From the IMG/VR virus record IMGVR_UViG_3300021964_000024, positions 1-64,000 of that record: a stretch of DNA of 64,000 nucleotides, one strand, 5' to 3'. Below the pieces are notes generated by a model that had not been told where the DNA came from, did no database searches, and saw nothing but the letters and a program-made list of their open reading frames with translations. The number at the start of each line of letters is the position of its first letter. The first letter of the stretch is position 1. A program made the translations under genes and the position numbers. Positions 9,401-18,750 of the stretch are shown here, in pieces. The DNA is from a virus.

Positions 9401-9712
9401 GACAGCATCTATGAATGTATCATTACCTGATTTCAGGATGATATCAGTACCACCATTCTGAGCAGTAGAGATTAGGAGTCTAGTGTTAGTTTCATAACTA
9501 GAACCTTCGTCCCATTTACTTCCGTTCTGGGGATAAAGAATTTCACCCGAAGAAGCATCGAATACCAGTTCAATTTCGTTGATAGCAGATACAACATCAC
9601 TATCATTATAGGTATTGAGGTCAACGGGATCGCCTACGTTATAAGAAACCGTATTGAGATTGTCTCTTAGTATCTTGAACGAGTCGCTTAATCTTGTAAA
9701 AGGACGTGCCAT
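6428..9712 (-). CDS. Long tail fibre/spike with beta-helix repeats
   Basis: About 13-14 copies of DI[TV]LDAxGxDIxFK; short helical motifs (VSAINEI, AGGINEL, VNALNEL) at both ends, typical of trimeric fibres. Confidence 0.7.
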   Translation of the reverse strand: MARPFTRLSDSFKILRDNLNTVSYNVGDPVDLNTYNDSDVVSAINEIELVFDASSGEILYPQNGSKWDEGSSYETNTRLLISTAQNGGTDIILKSGNDTFIDAVADINLDAGGSNINFLDDSVNRIAFTLGTTNYQNVTGAYDIDVSGLYDLNATGTMDFTSGGNLTATVTGNVLIDASGDITLDADGNDIVFKNGAGADTVTHTLADNADFTIAAPSNYIVDAVGDITLDVDGDDIYFKQAGTTKFTYNLGTNQEVDVAGSLTYDVAGDIVLDAGGNDIDFKHAGVSRFEYGLGTTNTLDITGNLTQTTSGNMSDSANGTYHIGATGALDTLSYGQTHIVRGNYLADVEGNVTFQLNDVFKLQLNGGDHQTYTLGGSGLTLASTGNYLHTVSGATGYTLDVAQDIVLDAGGTDITFKNNGNSRFEYGLGASNTLDVTGNLTQTVSGNYSDSAAGTYHIGATGNTDVSTSGTFNTKSGAQLHTVTGTYKVDASDDITLDTHGADIYFQDGGQTKFTYNLGADQEIDVAGSLTYDVETDIVLDAGGGDIDLKDGTTVRFAYGMGAANTLDVTGSLAQTVSSNYTMDVTGDHTDSASGIRTINASDGFTVYTNSAIAMTADGNATIAAGGNALIDAEGNFTVDAEGDIVLDANGADIDFKDAGTTRFAYGMGATNTLDVTGNLDRTVSGNYSDSANGTYSITSTGNMSSTTLGTLTTTSLGQTHNVTGDFVVDASGDISLDVDGDDIYFKQAGVTKLTWNLGTDQEVDVSGNFIVDATGDITLDADGGNTYIKDNGTTQFEFIAGTNKEIDVPSGNLTLDVAGDIVLDAGGDNITLKDAGTTRIGYTLGTTNTVATTGNHANTITGALTDSAASISEIATGAIASTAGTTQSITSGGNTTITAGSNITLDADGDIVLDANGADIFFKDNAVTKLTYNLGTNQEIDVVGSLTYDVAGDITLDADGGDIYLKDAGTQFGRLQNSSGELDIWSGSTLAVEMTASKVEIHGRALHTDENLDTTAQDVAGGINELHADIVSNDSDIAELDSRVGKLYNLDSSTDGGFFATASINNDNIVNALNELASRAVLIYDESGTLLN
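6511..6518 (-). promoter_or_regulatory. T4-type late promoter TATAAATA (inside the 3' end of the upstream fibre gene)
   Basis: Exact consensus 100 nt upstream of the 6411 start. Confidence 0.6.
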
Positions 9713-9982
9713 TTATAGTTTCTCTACTAGTTGTGAAAGTAAAGATTTTATATCTCGCATATCATTCTCTAACGAGTCAACCTTTGACTGCAGTACAGAT
9801 TCGTTAGCTTTTCTTTCCGCTTCCTTCATCTGTCTCTGTCTCTTTGCCTCACGTGCAAGATGAATCTCTCTTGTATTTATATTAATAATTGCATTAGATT
9901 CAGGACATCTTCCTAAATCAGGTTCGTCTTTCACTCCAATCAATTTTCTCTGTTTTACTGTCATATTAAATCGCCAGTGCAA
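9713..9982 (-). CDS. Small coiled-coil protein downstream of VrlC
   Basis: LGRCPESNAIINI followed by a coiled coil (LENDMRDIKSLLSQL); usual neighbour of VrlC-like genes in marine T4-like phages. Confidence 0.7.
   Translation of the reverse strand: MHWRFNMTVKQRKLIGVKDEPDLGRCPESNAIININTREIHLAREAKRQRQMKEAERKANESVLQSKVDSLENDMRDIKSLLSQLVEKL
9874..9881 (-). promoter_or_regulatory. Possible late promoter TATAAATA
   Basis: Exact consensus about 160 nt upstream of the fibre gene start; lies within a coding sequence. Confidence 0.45.
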
Positions 9983-12900
9983 TTGCCCTCAAGTCACGGA
10001 ATGATGGTACTTGTGCAGAGTTAGTTGACTGCATAACAAGTTTTAACTGGAACGAAGTGAACTTAGCCAAGTTACCGCCCTCACCACCAATTAGATACTG
10101 GTATTCACGGAATACGTTCTTATTGGAATCCGGAGAATGATTTACTGCAGGTTGTACAAGGTTCCATGCGTTAGTGTGAATTGACTCAGCACCAGTTGAT
10201 GTTCTCCAGTACAATTGGAAGTCACACGCTTTAGGTTTGTTAGCAGCCAAGAAGACTTTCAAACCAACCGCATCGGTTGCCAAAGTGGTCACCTTAGTGA
10301 TATGTTTCGCAGATTCAGTACCCGCATTTGGGTGAGTCTCAGGAACATATGTAAGTGGTACGTTAAATCCTGCAACACTAGTAGATTGTACGTTTGCAGC
10401 TTCACTGATTGTAGTGACATTATCAGTCGATGCGATACTAGTCGCACCGTCTGTTACAGACCATGTACCCGTAGACGAAGAGTGAACACTCACACTAAAC
10501 TGAGATCCATCTGATCTAGAGATAACTAGACCATCGGAATCCCCTTCAACTGAAGAGAATACATAACCTCTTCTGAAGGAAGGATATCCTTGAGGAATAG
10601 TCTGACCACCTACGAAGGACTGATTGAGTCTAACATTACCAATTCTAGTGTTAGTACTAGTCAACAATAGGTTAAGGTTTTCACCACTATCATATCCAGA
10701 GAAGGTCAGTGTCTTAGTAGTTGCTTCAACCCCACTGGTTTGTTTTGAAATCAAGTTATGTACACAGTCAACGTGTGCAGACTGCATATCAATAACAGGA
10801 GATACAAACGGATCAACAGTCTTCATGGTGATCTGCATCGTCAGAGATCTTTCACCATTCAACCCAGCAACAAGATTCTCTGTACTTCTGTTGTAGATAG
10901 CACGAGGAGTCTTGAACGTTGAGTTAGACTTGTTCTCAATGATTTGATACTTAGCATCTTTGACGAATCTAGTCTCACTACCCGCTAGAGATGATTGTGT
11001 AGTTGTCTTAATCGAAGTAGTAGCAGTAGTTCCTCTTGGTATCGTAATCTCAACTTCGGGTCTTAATTGTTCGTAGTTGATATTATGTTGAGAGGTAGCT
11101 GAACTACCACCAAACCATTTTCTGCTAGTTGCGGTTGCATCTGCAGTGTAGGTGAAACCAGAGTTGTCGTGCCTTACTACTGTTCTCTTACCAATTACTT
11201 GGTTACCAGTTAGACCGTTTCCAAGGTTTTCAGCAGAGTCGATACCACGAATCCATGCGATATCTCCAGTACGTAAACCATGACCTTGCATTAGTACACG
11301 AACTTGGTTACTGCCAGAGTCCATAAGTAAAGAATGTCTTCGCAACGGTACAGGAGGAATGTTAACATTCTCTAAGATAGCGTTACCAGAACTTCTAAAC
11401 TGTGCAACGTTAATTCTGTACGCCAGATCTTGGTTACTGGAAGGTTCCCAATGCCTGTTGTTCTGCGACTTAAACAACACACCCATAGTAGGTTGTTGAG
11501 TAATGAACGACTCAGTAGAACCAATTGCATGTTCACCAACAGTTGCGACATAAACATTATAGTTAGTGTCGTTTCTCTCAGGAACCAATACAATCGCATA
11601 CTCACCCTTAGACAAATACTGAGGTGCATCGAAAGTAAATGTAGTACTGTTCTTCAACATCGTTTTGTTGTTAGCACCAGTAGGTACTAGACTTACTTGA
11701 GCAGGAGTAAGTGTCTTCTTACAAATGACCTTTGTTGCAGATGGTACACCTTGTACTGTAGGTCTGATTTCGCAACGAACACCAGCTTCAGAAGACTTAC
11801 TCGCAAAGTAGACTTCAACCGAAGTGATAGTAATACCAGACTTTCTTTCTACTGCGAAAGTCTGAGCGAGAGGATCATGGTGAATCATAGCAACGTCTTC
11901 AGCAGTATGGGCAAACCCCCCTCTTGATGTTCGTGCTACCGTCGGTGATGGATGCGTCGAAGCAAGAACTTCTTGATCTGCTACAGATTGATCAAGTTCT
12001 GCTTGGAACTGTTGAGAACCTTTCTGGTTACCGCCACCACCATTGTCCGGATCACCACCACCTGGCGGTGTAGTATCTTGATTGGTGTCGGTGTGATCAA
12101 CTGGTTGGATACTATTCAGATAACTGTATTCGTAGCTAACTTCACTACCAATAAATTCTTCTGTAGTCTCAGTACCAGTTGTAATAACACTTGTAGTTGA
12201 AGTTGATTTGACATCTTCAGCAACCTCTGTCGTAACAACCGAATCTGTCCAAGTAGTTCTTTCAATTTCAGTATCTCTTGAGACATCGTTAGTGGTTGAT
12301 CCAACTACCTTCAGTACTCTTGTAATGTAGATCTCTTCTTCTCTGTGTTCTAGTACACCAGTAGATTCGAACATCGCTCTAGCGAAAGACATTCCTCCAC
12401 CAATATCAGCAGAGTTTACATCATTGAGTATGAATTCACGTTTACCAGTGTGGAAACGCATTGCTACGTTACTAGGAACTTCGAAAGATCCTTCAAATTT
12501 ACCATCAGCGTCAGCAATTAATTGAGTATATCCCGCACTGTGACCCTGAGTTTGTTTTTGTGTTCCGTTATCATCGCCTTCTCCTGATCTGCCACGAGCA
12601 GCTTCCTTAGAAGTCATGGTTTTAAATGGTTCTTCTCTACAGAAGTTGGAGACATTCGTCTTATCGAAGAATGGGAAGTATTGAGTGTTCGGACGTAATC
12701 CAGTCGCTTTGAACATAATCTCAATAGGTCTCATGAACGGAATCGCACTTACCTCTACGACTTTTTCACCCACCACGTCACGAATAGTTGACTCACTAGA
12801 AATACGGTTTACTGTACTTTCTGTGGTTGTAGTGGTAATGATTTCTGCAAGACCTTCATACTGATTATTAGTAGTAATAGTCTTTGTCTGTTCGTAAGTA

Positions 12901-15900
12901 GACGTATTTGTAGTTCTTACTGTATCACGAGTTTCTGTAGTTACGGTATCCCATTGTTCGGTAGTAACCTCATCAATCAGATATCTGTAATACCAACCAG
13001 TGTAATAACCATTCCATCCCCACCATTGACCGTTATAGTATTCACGGTTCCAATCGGTGTACCACAGATCCATATAATCCCACCATGCATCGATGGTAGT
13101 ACGAGAAACTTCTCTGTATTCACTGTCACGGTTAACTTCTACGGTTTCGGTAGATAGAACTTCAACGTCAGTTGTGTGACCAGTCTCAACCCACTCACCT
13201 TCTTCAACAACAGTTTCAGAACCAAGTAATGTAGGATCCTGTGCATCATAAGTTTGAGTTGTAGACGTACCAGAAATAAAACTACGTGCCTGATCACCGA
13301 CTTCTAGAGTAGAAGGGTCAACACCATACCACTCGTTTTCACTATTATTCCAGTTCAGTGATTGTGATAGATCAAACTCAGTTTTAGTTCCTAAGATCTT
13401 CTCACCTACAATCTCATGATCGTAGAACTTATCAATTTCTGGACTCAGGATTAAGTCACCATGAATCATAGGCACAAAGAACGGTGCGAGGTTTTCTGTA
13501 CCTGAAGCAAGTTCTTGTGATTGGAAAGGTTTTGTCTTGTAGTCCAACATTACGAAATCGTCTCTTAGGACTGTACGTAATTGTTTCGTATTGTCAGAGT
13601 CGTACCACAATCTGATATTGTTTTCTTGATATCTAGGACGTAAGAGTTTTCCTCTCTTATCGATAGCAGCACGGTATGAGTTGTTTTTCTTACCATTAAT
13701 CTTGGTTTGAGAATAAGCATGGTTGGAGAAATTGTCTACAAAGAATCCTGCTTTAGTTCTATCCAAACCGGCAGAGTCTAAAACCTGCAAGAACTTAGTG
13801 TTAAGTTCTAGTAACGACAGGGTAGTCATTTCTTCAAGTCGGTCTAGTTTTTGTTCCAACTTGTTGATGTCTGCCATCGTATAACCCTTACGTGGAATAA
13901 GGGATGTCTTCAGATCACGTGCATGAAGCGTGTTAGGATTCAAACGAATTTTGTACAGATCCATACAATCTTCTGGTACTTCTGGGTACTTCGGATTTAA
14001 TGAAGGCGAACCTTCAAGAAGACGTAATTCACCGTCTCTTGAAATTACAAGTTTGTCTGCACGAGGAAGATAGTATTCTGCCTTTGCCTCTATTGTATTT
14101 GTAGGTACAGGAAGAGGAGGTACGGTTGTAAAACCTCCAGAACCATCTGTAGAGGGACGGAAGTCTAGAGCATCTCTCAGAGATACTTTACCACCATCGG
14201 GTAGTGCTTGTGCAGGAATTTTCAGGTAGTCTAATTGACCACTGTAAGAGTTAACCGCAAAGAACTCACCCGTAGGAGAGTGAGAGAAGTACTTGAATCT
14301 TACAAAGATAGGAATACCATCACTATCAAGACCACCACCAGACCAGATCAAACGTCCGTCATCGTAGTGAGTCATCGTGCCACCGGCATCGAAACTGAAG
14401 TGTGGGAAAATATCATCACCGTTAGAATCGACAGTACGAACTCTATCGATACTGTAAATATCTGATTTACCAAGGTTCAGTACTTGCAATCCATTACCAA
14501 CTTCTTCTAGAGAAGCAGTAACAGTCGCTTCTGTCAACGTCTTAGTCTTAATACTTGCATTTGTCTTATTGATAAAAACGATTACTTCGTATGAAGTGTT
14601 TCCGGTCAGACCACTGAAAATGATCTGCGAGTTACCAGCTTGAATATCTGCACTTGCACCCGAAGCAGGGAATTGTGTACTAGACGCAATGATAATATCA
14701 TTTTCGTTTACAAAAGATTCACCTGCGTCTGTTAGATTTAAAGTGTAAGTAGTCGCTCCAACACCAGTAGTGAAGTTTTCCTTTCTCATGAAAGTATAGG
14801 AAACGTCCGTGAAACTTTTCGGTCTCGCTAATGGAGTATCAAACAACAACGCTGTCTTTCTTGGTTCATGAAGAATCGCTTGATTACCAGTAGTAGGAAC
14901 AAGGTTGATTAAATCATTGTTGGCTGCGGATTTGATAGACCTTACATCTTCAATTGTAAAATTGAAGTTGGTTCTATTCAAATTAAATATGTGTGCCTTG
15001 TAAGGGATATTCCTTTGATACTGTGCCAGTGATCCCGAAGACAGTCTGTACTGTGCACCATTTCTTCCTTCAGTGATTGCACGGATATTACCTACAGCAA
15101 TCTGTGCTCCAGTACCATCGTATCCACTGTAGAGTCGAACTCTTTCTGCAGTATCAATATCCAACATCCCTTGACCACTGTCAAAGAAATAGAAGTTACC
15201 GTAGTCGATACCGACTTGTTCATCTTCATCGACAAACGTATCAATCGCTTTTCTAAGAGGAATACTTTGCGTCATCATAGTTGCTGCTCGATGACCGTCG
15301 ATATAGGCAGTGCCGGGATCGATCTTCATCATCAAGTAGTTTGAATTGATGTTTGCATTTGGTTCGAATCTAAGTTTCCAGTACTTCTTAATGAAGTCAC
15401 CGTTGATTTCTTTGACACGAGTATTGACAAACTTCTTGACTTCGTTATAACCATCTGTAGAAGTTACTTGTCGAATTACTTTACCGTTCTGTACGGTTGC
15501 GAAGTAAACAAAAGACTCACCGATAATAAAGTCAGTTTTCTTAATGAGTATTAATCGGATACGATATCTGTCAGCACCAGGCGAAGAACGGTTAGGTGTT
15601 ACGTTTTGGTTATCGTATAATGCTTCGGTGTCATTAACAGTAACAATGTCTTGTACAAGTTTAAAACCAACGTCCTCAGATCTAAATGCATTGTACTTAC
15701 CAAGGAAGATAGTCTGTTTCGGAACGAATACGAAGTGACCTTTTACATAGAAGGTAGATTCACCAATAGAAATAGTACTACCAAATCCAACTGCAGGGTT
15801 TGCAGTAGTGTTGGTTGATTGAACCGTAAAGTTAACGTTTGACCCATTAGACAAAGTTTCGCCAGGCGTTACTGTAGCAGTAACTTTAAACTTTGTGTTA

Positions 15901-16319
15901 ACAGAGACCGTGGACGGGTTGTCCAAATACTGAACATAAAGTGTGTCAGGATCTCCACCATCAGTTGCGGGTACTGCTTCCAATACCTTAACTTTAATAG
16001 AGGAAGAGGAACCAGTTAAGTTGACACCTACTAGTGCAGTAGGATCACTGAAAGAGTTATTCTGATCTGCTGAAATTTTTACGAATGCATATGAGTTGTT
16101 TACAGAAACCCCACCCGCAGATACAGGAACACCGTCTTTCTGGAAGATGTTGTCAGCAAATCTTGAGATCTCCTTTTGGATGATCGTTTGCATCTGTGTA
16201 AGTTCACGTGCCTGTAGTGCACGACCCGCATTAAATAGAATGCGAGAGTAATTATCACTATCTTTAAAATCGTCCTTGTAGGTCGATCTAAAAGTTTGTT
16301 CAGTAAACGTATTTGGCAT
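9966..16319 (-). CDS. VrlC-like (DUF4815) large baseplate/virion structural protein
   Basis: N-terminal YKDDF...YSRILF..GRALQARELTQMQTI, SPGADRYRI, GFFVDNF, DPLAQTF and C-terminal DLRAIAL motifs. Confidence 0.85.
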   Translation of the reverse strand: MPNTFTEQTFRSTYKDDFKDSDNYSRILFNAGRALQARELTQMQTIIQKEISRFADNIFQKDGVPVSAGGVSVNNSYAFVKISADQNNSFSDPTALVGVNLTGSSSSIKVKVLEAVPATDGGDPDTLYVQYLDNPSTVSVNTKFKVTATVTPGETLSNGSNVNFTVQSTNTTANPAVGFGSTISIGESTFYVKGHFVFVPKQTIFLGKYNAFRSEDVGFKLVQDIVTVNDTEALYDNQNVTPNRSSPGADRYRIRLILIKKTDFIIGESFVYFATVQNGKVIRQVTSTDGYNEVKKFVNTRVKEINGDFIKKYWKLRFEPNANINSNYLMMKIDPGTAYIDGHRAATMMTQSIPLRKAIDTFVDEDEQVGIDYGNFYFFDSGQGMLDIDTAERVRLYSGYDGTGAQIAVGNIRAITEGRNGAQYRLSSGSLAQYQRNIPYKAHIFNLNRTNFNFTIEDVRSIKSAANNDLINLVPTTGNQAILHEPRKTALLFDTPLARPKSFTDVSYTFMRKENFTTGVGATTYTLNLTDAGESFVNENDIIIASSTQFPASGASADIQAGNSQIIFSGLTGNTSYEVIVFINKTNASIKTKTLTEATVTASLEEVGNGLQVLNLGKSDIYSIDRVRTVDSNGDDIFPHFSFDAGGTMTHYDDGRLIWSGGGLDSDGIPIFVRFKYFSHSPTGEFFAVNSYSGQLDYLKIPAQALPDGGKVSLRDALDFRPSTDGSGGFTTVPPLPVPTNTIEAKAEYYLPRADKLVISRDGELRLLEGSPSLNPKYPEVPEDCMDLYKIRLNPNTLHARDLKTSLIPRKGYTMADINKLEQKLDRLEEMTTLSLLELNTKFLQVLDSAGLDRTKAGFFVDNFSNHAYSQTKINGKKNNSYRAAIDKRGKLLRPRYQENNIRLWYDSDNTKQLRTVLRDDFVMLDYKTKPFQSQELASGTENLAPFFVPMIHGDLILSPEIDKFYDHEIVGEKILGTKTEFDLSQSLNWNNSENEWYGVDPSTLEVGDQARSFISGTSTTQTYDAQDPTLLGSETVVEEGEWVETGHTTDVEVLSTETVEVNRDSEYREVSRTTIDAWWDYMDLWYTDWNREYYNGQWWGWNGYYTGWYYRYLIDEVTTEQWDTVTTETRDTVRTTNTSTYEQTKTITTNNQYEGLAEIITTTTTESTVNRISSESTIRDVVGEKVVEVSAIPFMRPIEIMFKATGLRPNTQYFPFFDKTNVSNFCREEPFKTMTSKEAARGRSGEGDDNGTQKQTQGHSAGYTQLIADADGKFEGSFEVPSNVAMRFHTGKREFILNDVNSADIGGGMSFARAMFESTGVLEHREEEIYITRVLKVVGSTTNDVSRDTEIERTTWTDSVVTTEVAEDVKSTSTTSVITTGTETTEEFIGSEVSYEYSYLNSIQPVDHTDTNQDTTPPGGGDPDNGGGGNQKGSQQFQAELDQSVADQEVLASTHPSPTVARTSRGGFAHTAEDVAMIHHDPLAQTFAVERKSGITITSVEVYFASKSSEAGVRCEIRPTVQGVPSATKVICKKTLTPAQVSLVPTGANNKTMLKNSTTFTFDAPQYLSKGEYAIVLVPERNDTNYNVYVATVGEHAIGSTESFITQQPTMGVLFKSQNNRHWEPSSNQDLAYRINVAQFRSSGNAILENVNIPPVPLRRHSLLMDSGSNQVRVLMQGHGLRTGDIAWIRGIDSAENLGNGLTGNQVIGKRTVVRHDNSGFTYTADATATSRKWFGGSSATSQHNINYEQLRPEVEITIPRGTTATTSIKTTTQSSLAGSETRFVKDAKYQIIENKSNSTFKTPRAIYNRSTENLVAGLNGERSLTMQITMKTVDPFVSPVIDMQSAHVDCVHNLISKQTSGVEATTKTLTFSGYDSGENLNLLLTSTNTRIGNVRLNQSFVGGQTIPQGYPSFRRGYVFSSVEGDSDGLVISRSDGSQFSVSVHSSSTGTWSVTDGATSIASTDNVTTISEAANVQSTSVAGFNVPLTYVPETHPNAGTESAKHITKVTTLATDAVGLKVFLAANKPKACDFQLYWRTSTGAESIHTNAWNLVQPAVNHSPDSNKNVFREYQYLIGGEGGNLAKFTSFQLKLVMQSTNSAQVPSFRDLRAIALAI

Positions 16320-16330
16320 TTCTTATAATC

Positions 16331-17707
16331 CTAGATAGTAATTACTATTTTCAAGTCTTCGGTCTGATCATTTGATCGAGTCACCGCAGATCTGTTATCA
16401 ATATATAGCATGTCCCCAGTGTATGGGTTAAACTCTGCACCGACAAGACTAGTAATGTTACCGTTGATACCAGAATTTCCTACAATCTGAATTTCTTCGG
16501 ACGGATCGAAAGGAATGAATCCAGTAGTTTGGTTCTGGTGATACCAGATCCTATCTGAATCATTAGTATCATCGATGATTGCTTTTGCACCAGAGGTCTG
16601 ACCTTCAATCGTTGATTTCTGAACGGTTGCCTTGACAAACCCTGATCCATCATGTACAATTTGTTTTAGTCCATGTGCGGATGCTGAAGTAAGTAAAGTA
16701 CCTTCGGCACTGTCTGTTCTTGGGTTACGGAGTAACAATACTTGACGGAAAATTTCGTCACCTGTAATGAAGTCATCATTCTCTTTACCGTCTGGTTTCG
16801 AGTTGAACATAACACCACTTGCTTTCAAATCAATAACTGGATTTGATCCCAATCCTTTGGGGTTAGGTGTTAGGATTGCACGTCCAGTGGCAGAGTCACC
16901 GCCACCACCAGTGATAACTATATTTGCGTAGTTGTATTCTGATCCGTAGTATGAATTTCCTGAGTTTCCTGCAGAGTCTTCTTTTACTCTAATATCTACG
17001 ATACTTTCACCTGCACGTACTGCATATGCTTGTGCACCTGTACCATCACCTACAACTGTTACTGTAGGTGTAGACGTATAACCCGATCCACCGTTCGTAA
17101 TACGATAACTTAGAATCTGTCCACGTACCGCATTATTCTGTACGATCTCTTGTTGCAGTTCTTCTGCAGGAGAATCTGAGTCAGTTGCCGCAACATACTG
17201 TACTGGTTGATACTGTGAGGACAAGAATTTATCTGCACGAAGTGCACCAATAGAGTAAAGGAACTTCCAAGTGTAACCATCGGATAAGGTAAAAGGAGCA
17301 CCTGTCGTGTTACCTGTAGGCGACACAGTTGACAACTGTGAACTACCGTCCTGTCTCTTACCCTGTTGTAAACATATGTAAACTTCGTTGTTAGAGTTGA
17401 TGGCATAGAATGGGTTCTCTGGGAATCCTACATCGTTGTCATCAAAAGCAGAGTAAATAAGGTTAGCGACCCAAGTTCTACGAGGGATAACGTAAGACAA
17501 ATCCTCAATCAATTTAACAGACTGCATAGAGTTTCTTGCAGTACGCACATCCGCAAAACTATTTGTAGGTACAGTAGCAACGTCTGAATCGTTCCAGTCT
17601 TCTGATCTACCAATAGCAGCGTAGTATCTCACATTATCAGAGTCTCTAAAATCATCAAAGAGATCATCTAGGACTTGTTTTTTAAATTTGTCTGTAATTA
17701 CTGGCAT
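16331..17707 (-). CDS. Baseplate wedge subunit gp8-like
   Basis: VIPRRTW, VYICL, DGYTWKFLYSI, and C-terminal GDMLYIDNR...QTEDLKIVI. Confidence 0.85.
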   Translation of the reverse strand: MPVITDKFKKQVLDDLFDDFRDSDNVRYYAAIGRSEDWNDSDVATVPTNSFADVRTARNSMQSVKLIEDLSYVIPRRTWVANLIYSAFDDNDVGFPENPFYAINSNNEVYICLQQGKRQDGSSQLSTVSPTGNTTGAPFTLSDGYTWKFLYSIGALRADKFLSSQYQPVQYVAATDSDSPAEELQQEIVQNNAVRGQILSYRITNGGSGYTSTPTVTVVGDGTGAQAYAVRAGESIVDIRVKEDSAGNSGNSYYGSEYNYANIVITGGGGDSATGRAILTPNPKGLGSNPVIDLKASGVMFNSKPDGKENDDFITGDEIFRQVLLLRNPRTDSAEGTLLTSASAHGLKQIVHDGSGFVKATVQKSTIEGQTSGAKAIIDDTNDSDRIWYHQNQTTGFIPFDPSEEIQIVGNSGINGNITSLVGAEFNPYTGDMLYIDNRSAVTRSNDQTEDLKIVITI

Positions 17708-17716
17708 CTATCTATC

Positions 17717-18715
17717 CTAAGTATTTAATGTTGCGCCGATATTGCTTATTACTATCCACTGATCAGCAAACCAAGCGAGAGTTACCGCAGAGTTCTGAGG
17801 CATGGTAATACTTGCATATGCGGCAAGGTTGTTACCATCTTCACTGATTGTCTGAGTACCAGCACCTTTATTCACCAGATATTTAATCTCACCGTTCTGA
17901 CTGGTTGTACCGTCTGAAAGAGTAACTGCACCAGCCGAAGCATTATTGAATAATGTGATCGGTTGATTTGAACTGGTCGTACCACCACTATTTAGTCCTT
18001 GAGTTGACAAGACTAATCGGGAATCAATTTTAACACCACCGTTACCAGATCCTCTCAAAGATAGAGAAGAAGTAGATTGTCCGGCAGCTTGTATGTATAC
18101 TGGGTTACCACTCGTTGCGTTCTTAATTCTTACGTAGTTAACTGCGGATGCAGAATCTTGGAACTGTATTAATTCGTTACCCGCACTATCAAGAATATCT
18201 CTTCCGATAATTGGAGAGTTGATAGTCGGATTCTGCAATGTCTTGTTCGTTAACGTTGCAGTGTGATCGTTGAAAACTACTGTGTCATTACCTGTCAATA
18301 GAGGTAGTGTAATTGTTCTGTCTGCCGCTAAATCATTGACCGCAACGATGTATTGATGATTCGAACTAGTGTCGTTGATACTGGGTGTAGTAATCGTAGG
18401 ACTCAATATAGTCTTATTAGACAGCGTTTGAGTTGCAGAGTCCATGACCAAGGCACCGCTATAGTTCGGAATGCGAACTTCACGGTCTGCAGTAGGATCG
18501 TCGGAACGTAGTCTAATCTGGAAGCTGTTTGCAGTTCTTCCTTCAAAAACAATAGCGTCTGAATCGAAATCCATAAGTGTCATCAATGCTTGACCATCAC
18601 CTAATTTAGTGTAGATCTCATCAAAGTTCTGTTGGATTTTCAATGACGCAGTACGGAGTGTATCACCCGTACCATCGTTAGCAATTGTTCCTCTGTTTAA
18701 TACCTGTTTAGTCAT
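17717..18715 (-). CDS. Baseplate gp9/gp10-like tail fibre connector
   Basis: N-terminal GTIANDGTGDTLR...KIQQNFDEIY; TLxNKT repeats. Confidence 0.8.
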   Translation of the reverse strand: MTKQVLNRGTIANDGTGDTLRTASLKIQQNFDEIYTKLGDGQALMTLMDFDSDAIVFEGRTANSFQIRLRSDDPTADREVRIPNYSGALVMDSATQTLSNKTILSPTITTPSINDTSSNHQYIVAVNDLAADRTITLPLLTGNDTVVFNDHTATLTNKTLQNPTINSPIIGRDILDSAGNELIQFQDSASAVNYVRIKNATSGNPVYIQAAGQSTSSLSLRGSGNGGVKIDSRLVLSTQGLNSGGTTSSNQPITLFNNASAGAVTLSDGTTSQNGEIKYLVNKGAGTQTISEDGNNLAAYASITMPQNSAVTLAWFADQWIVISNIGATLNT

Positions 18716-18742
18716 TCTCTTTTACCTAAAGGTTATACTGTC

Positions 18743-18750
18743 TATTTATA
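18743..18750 (-). promoter_or_regulatory. T4-type late promoter TATAAATA
   Basis: Exact intergenic consensus upstream of 18715. Confidence 0.85.

Noticed and set aside
1-9712. Diversity-generating retroelement acting on the fibre genes
   Set aside because: No reverse transcriptase is present in the window and no template/variable repeat pair with adenine-specific differences was seen.
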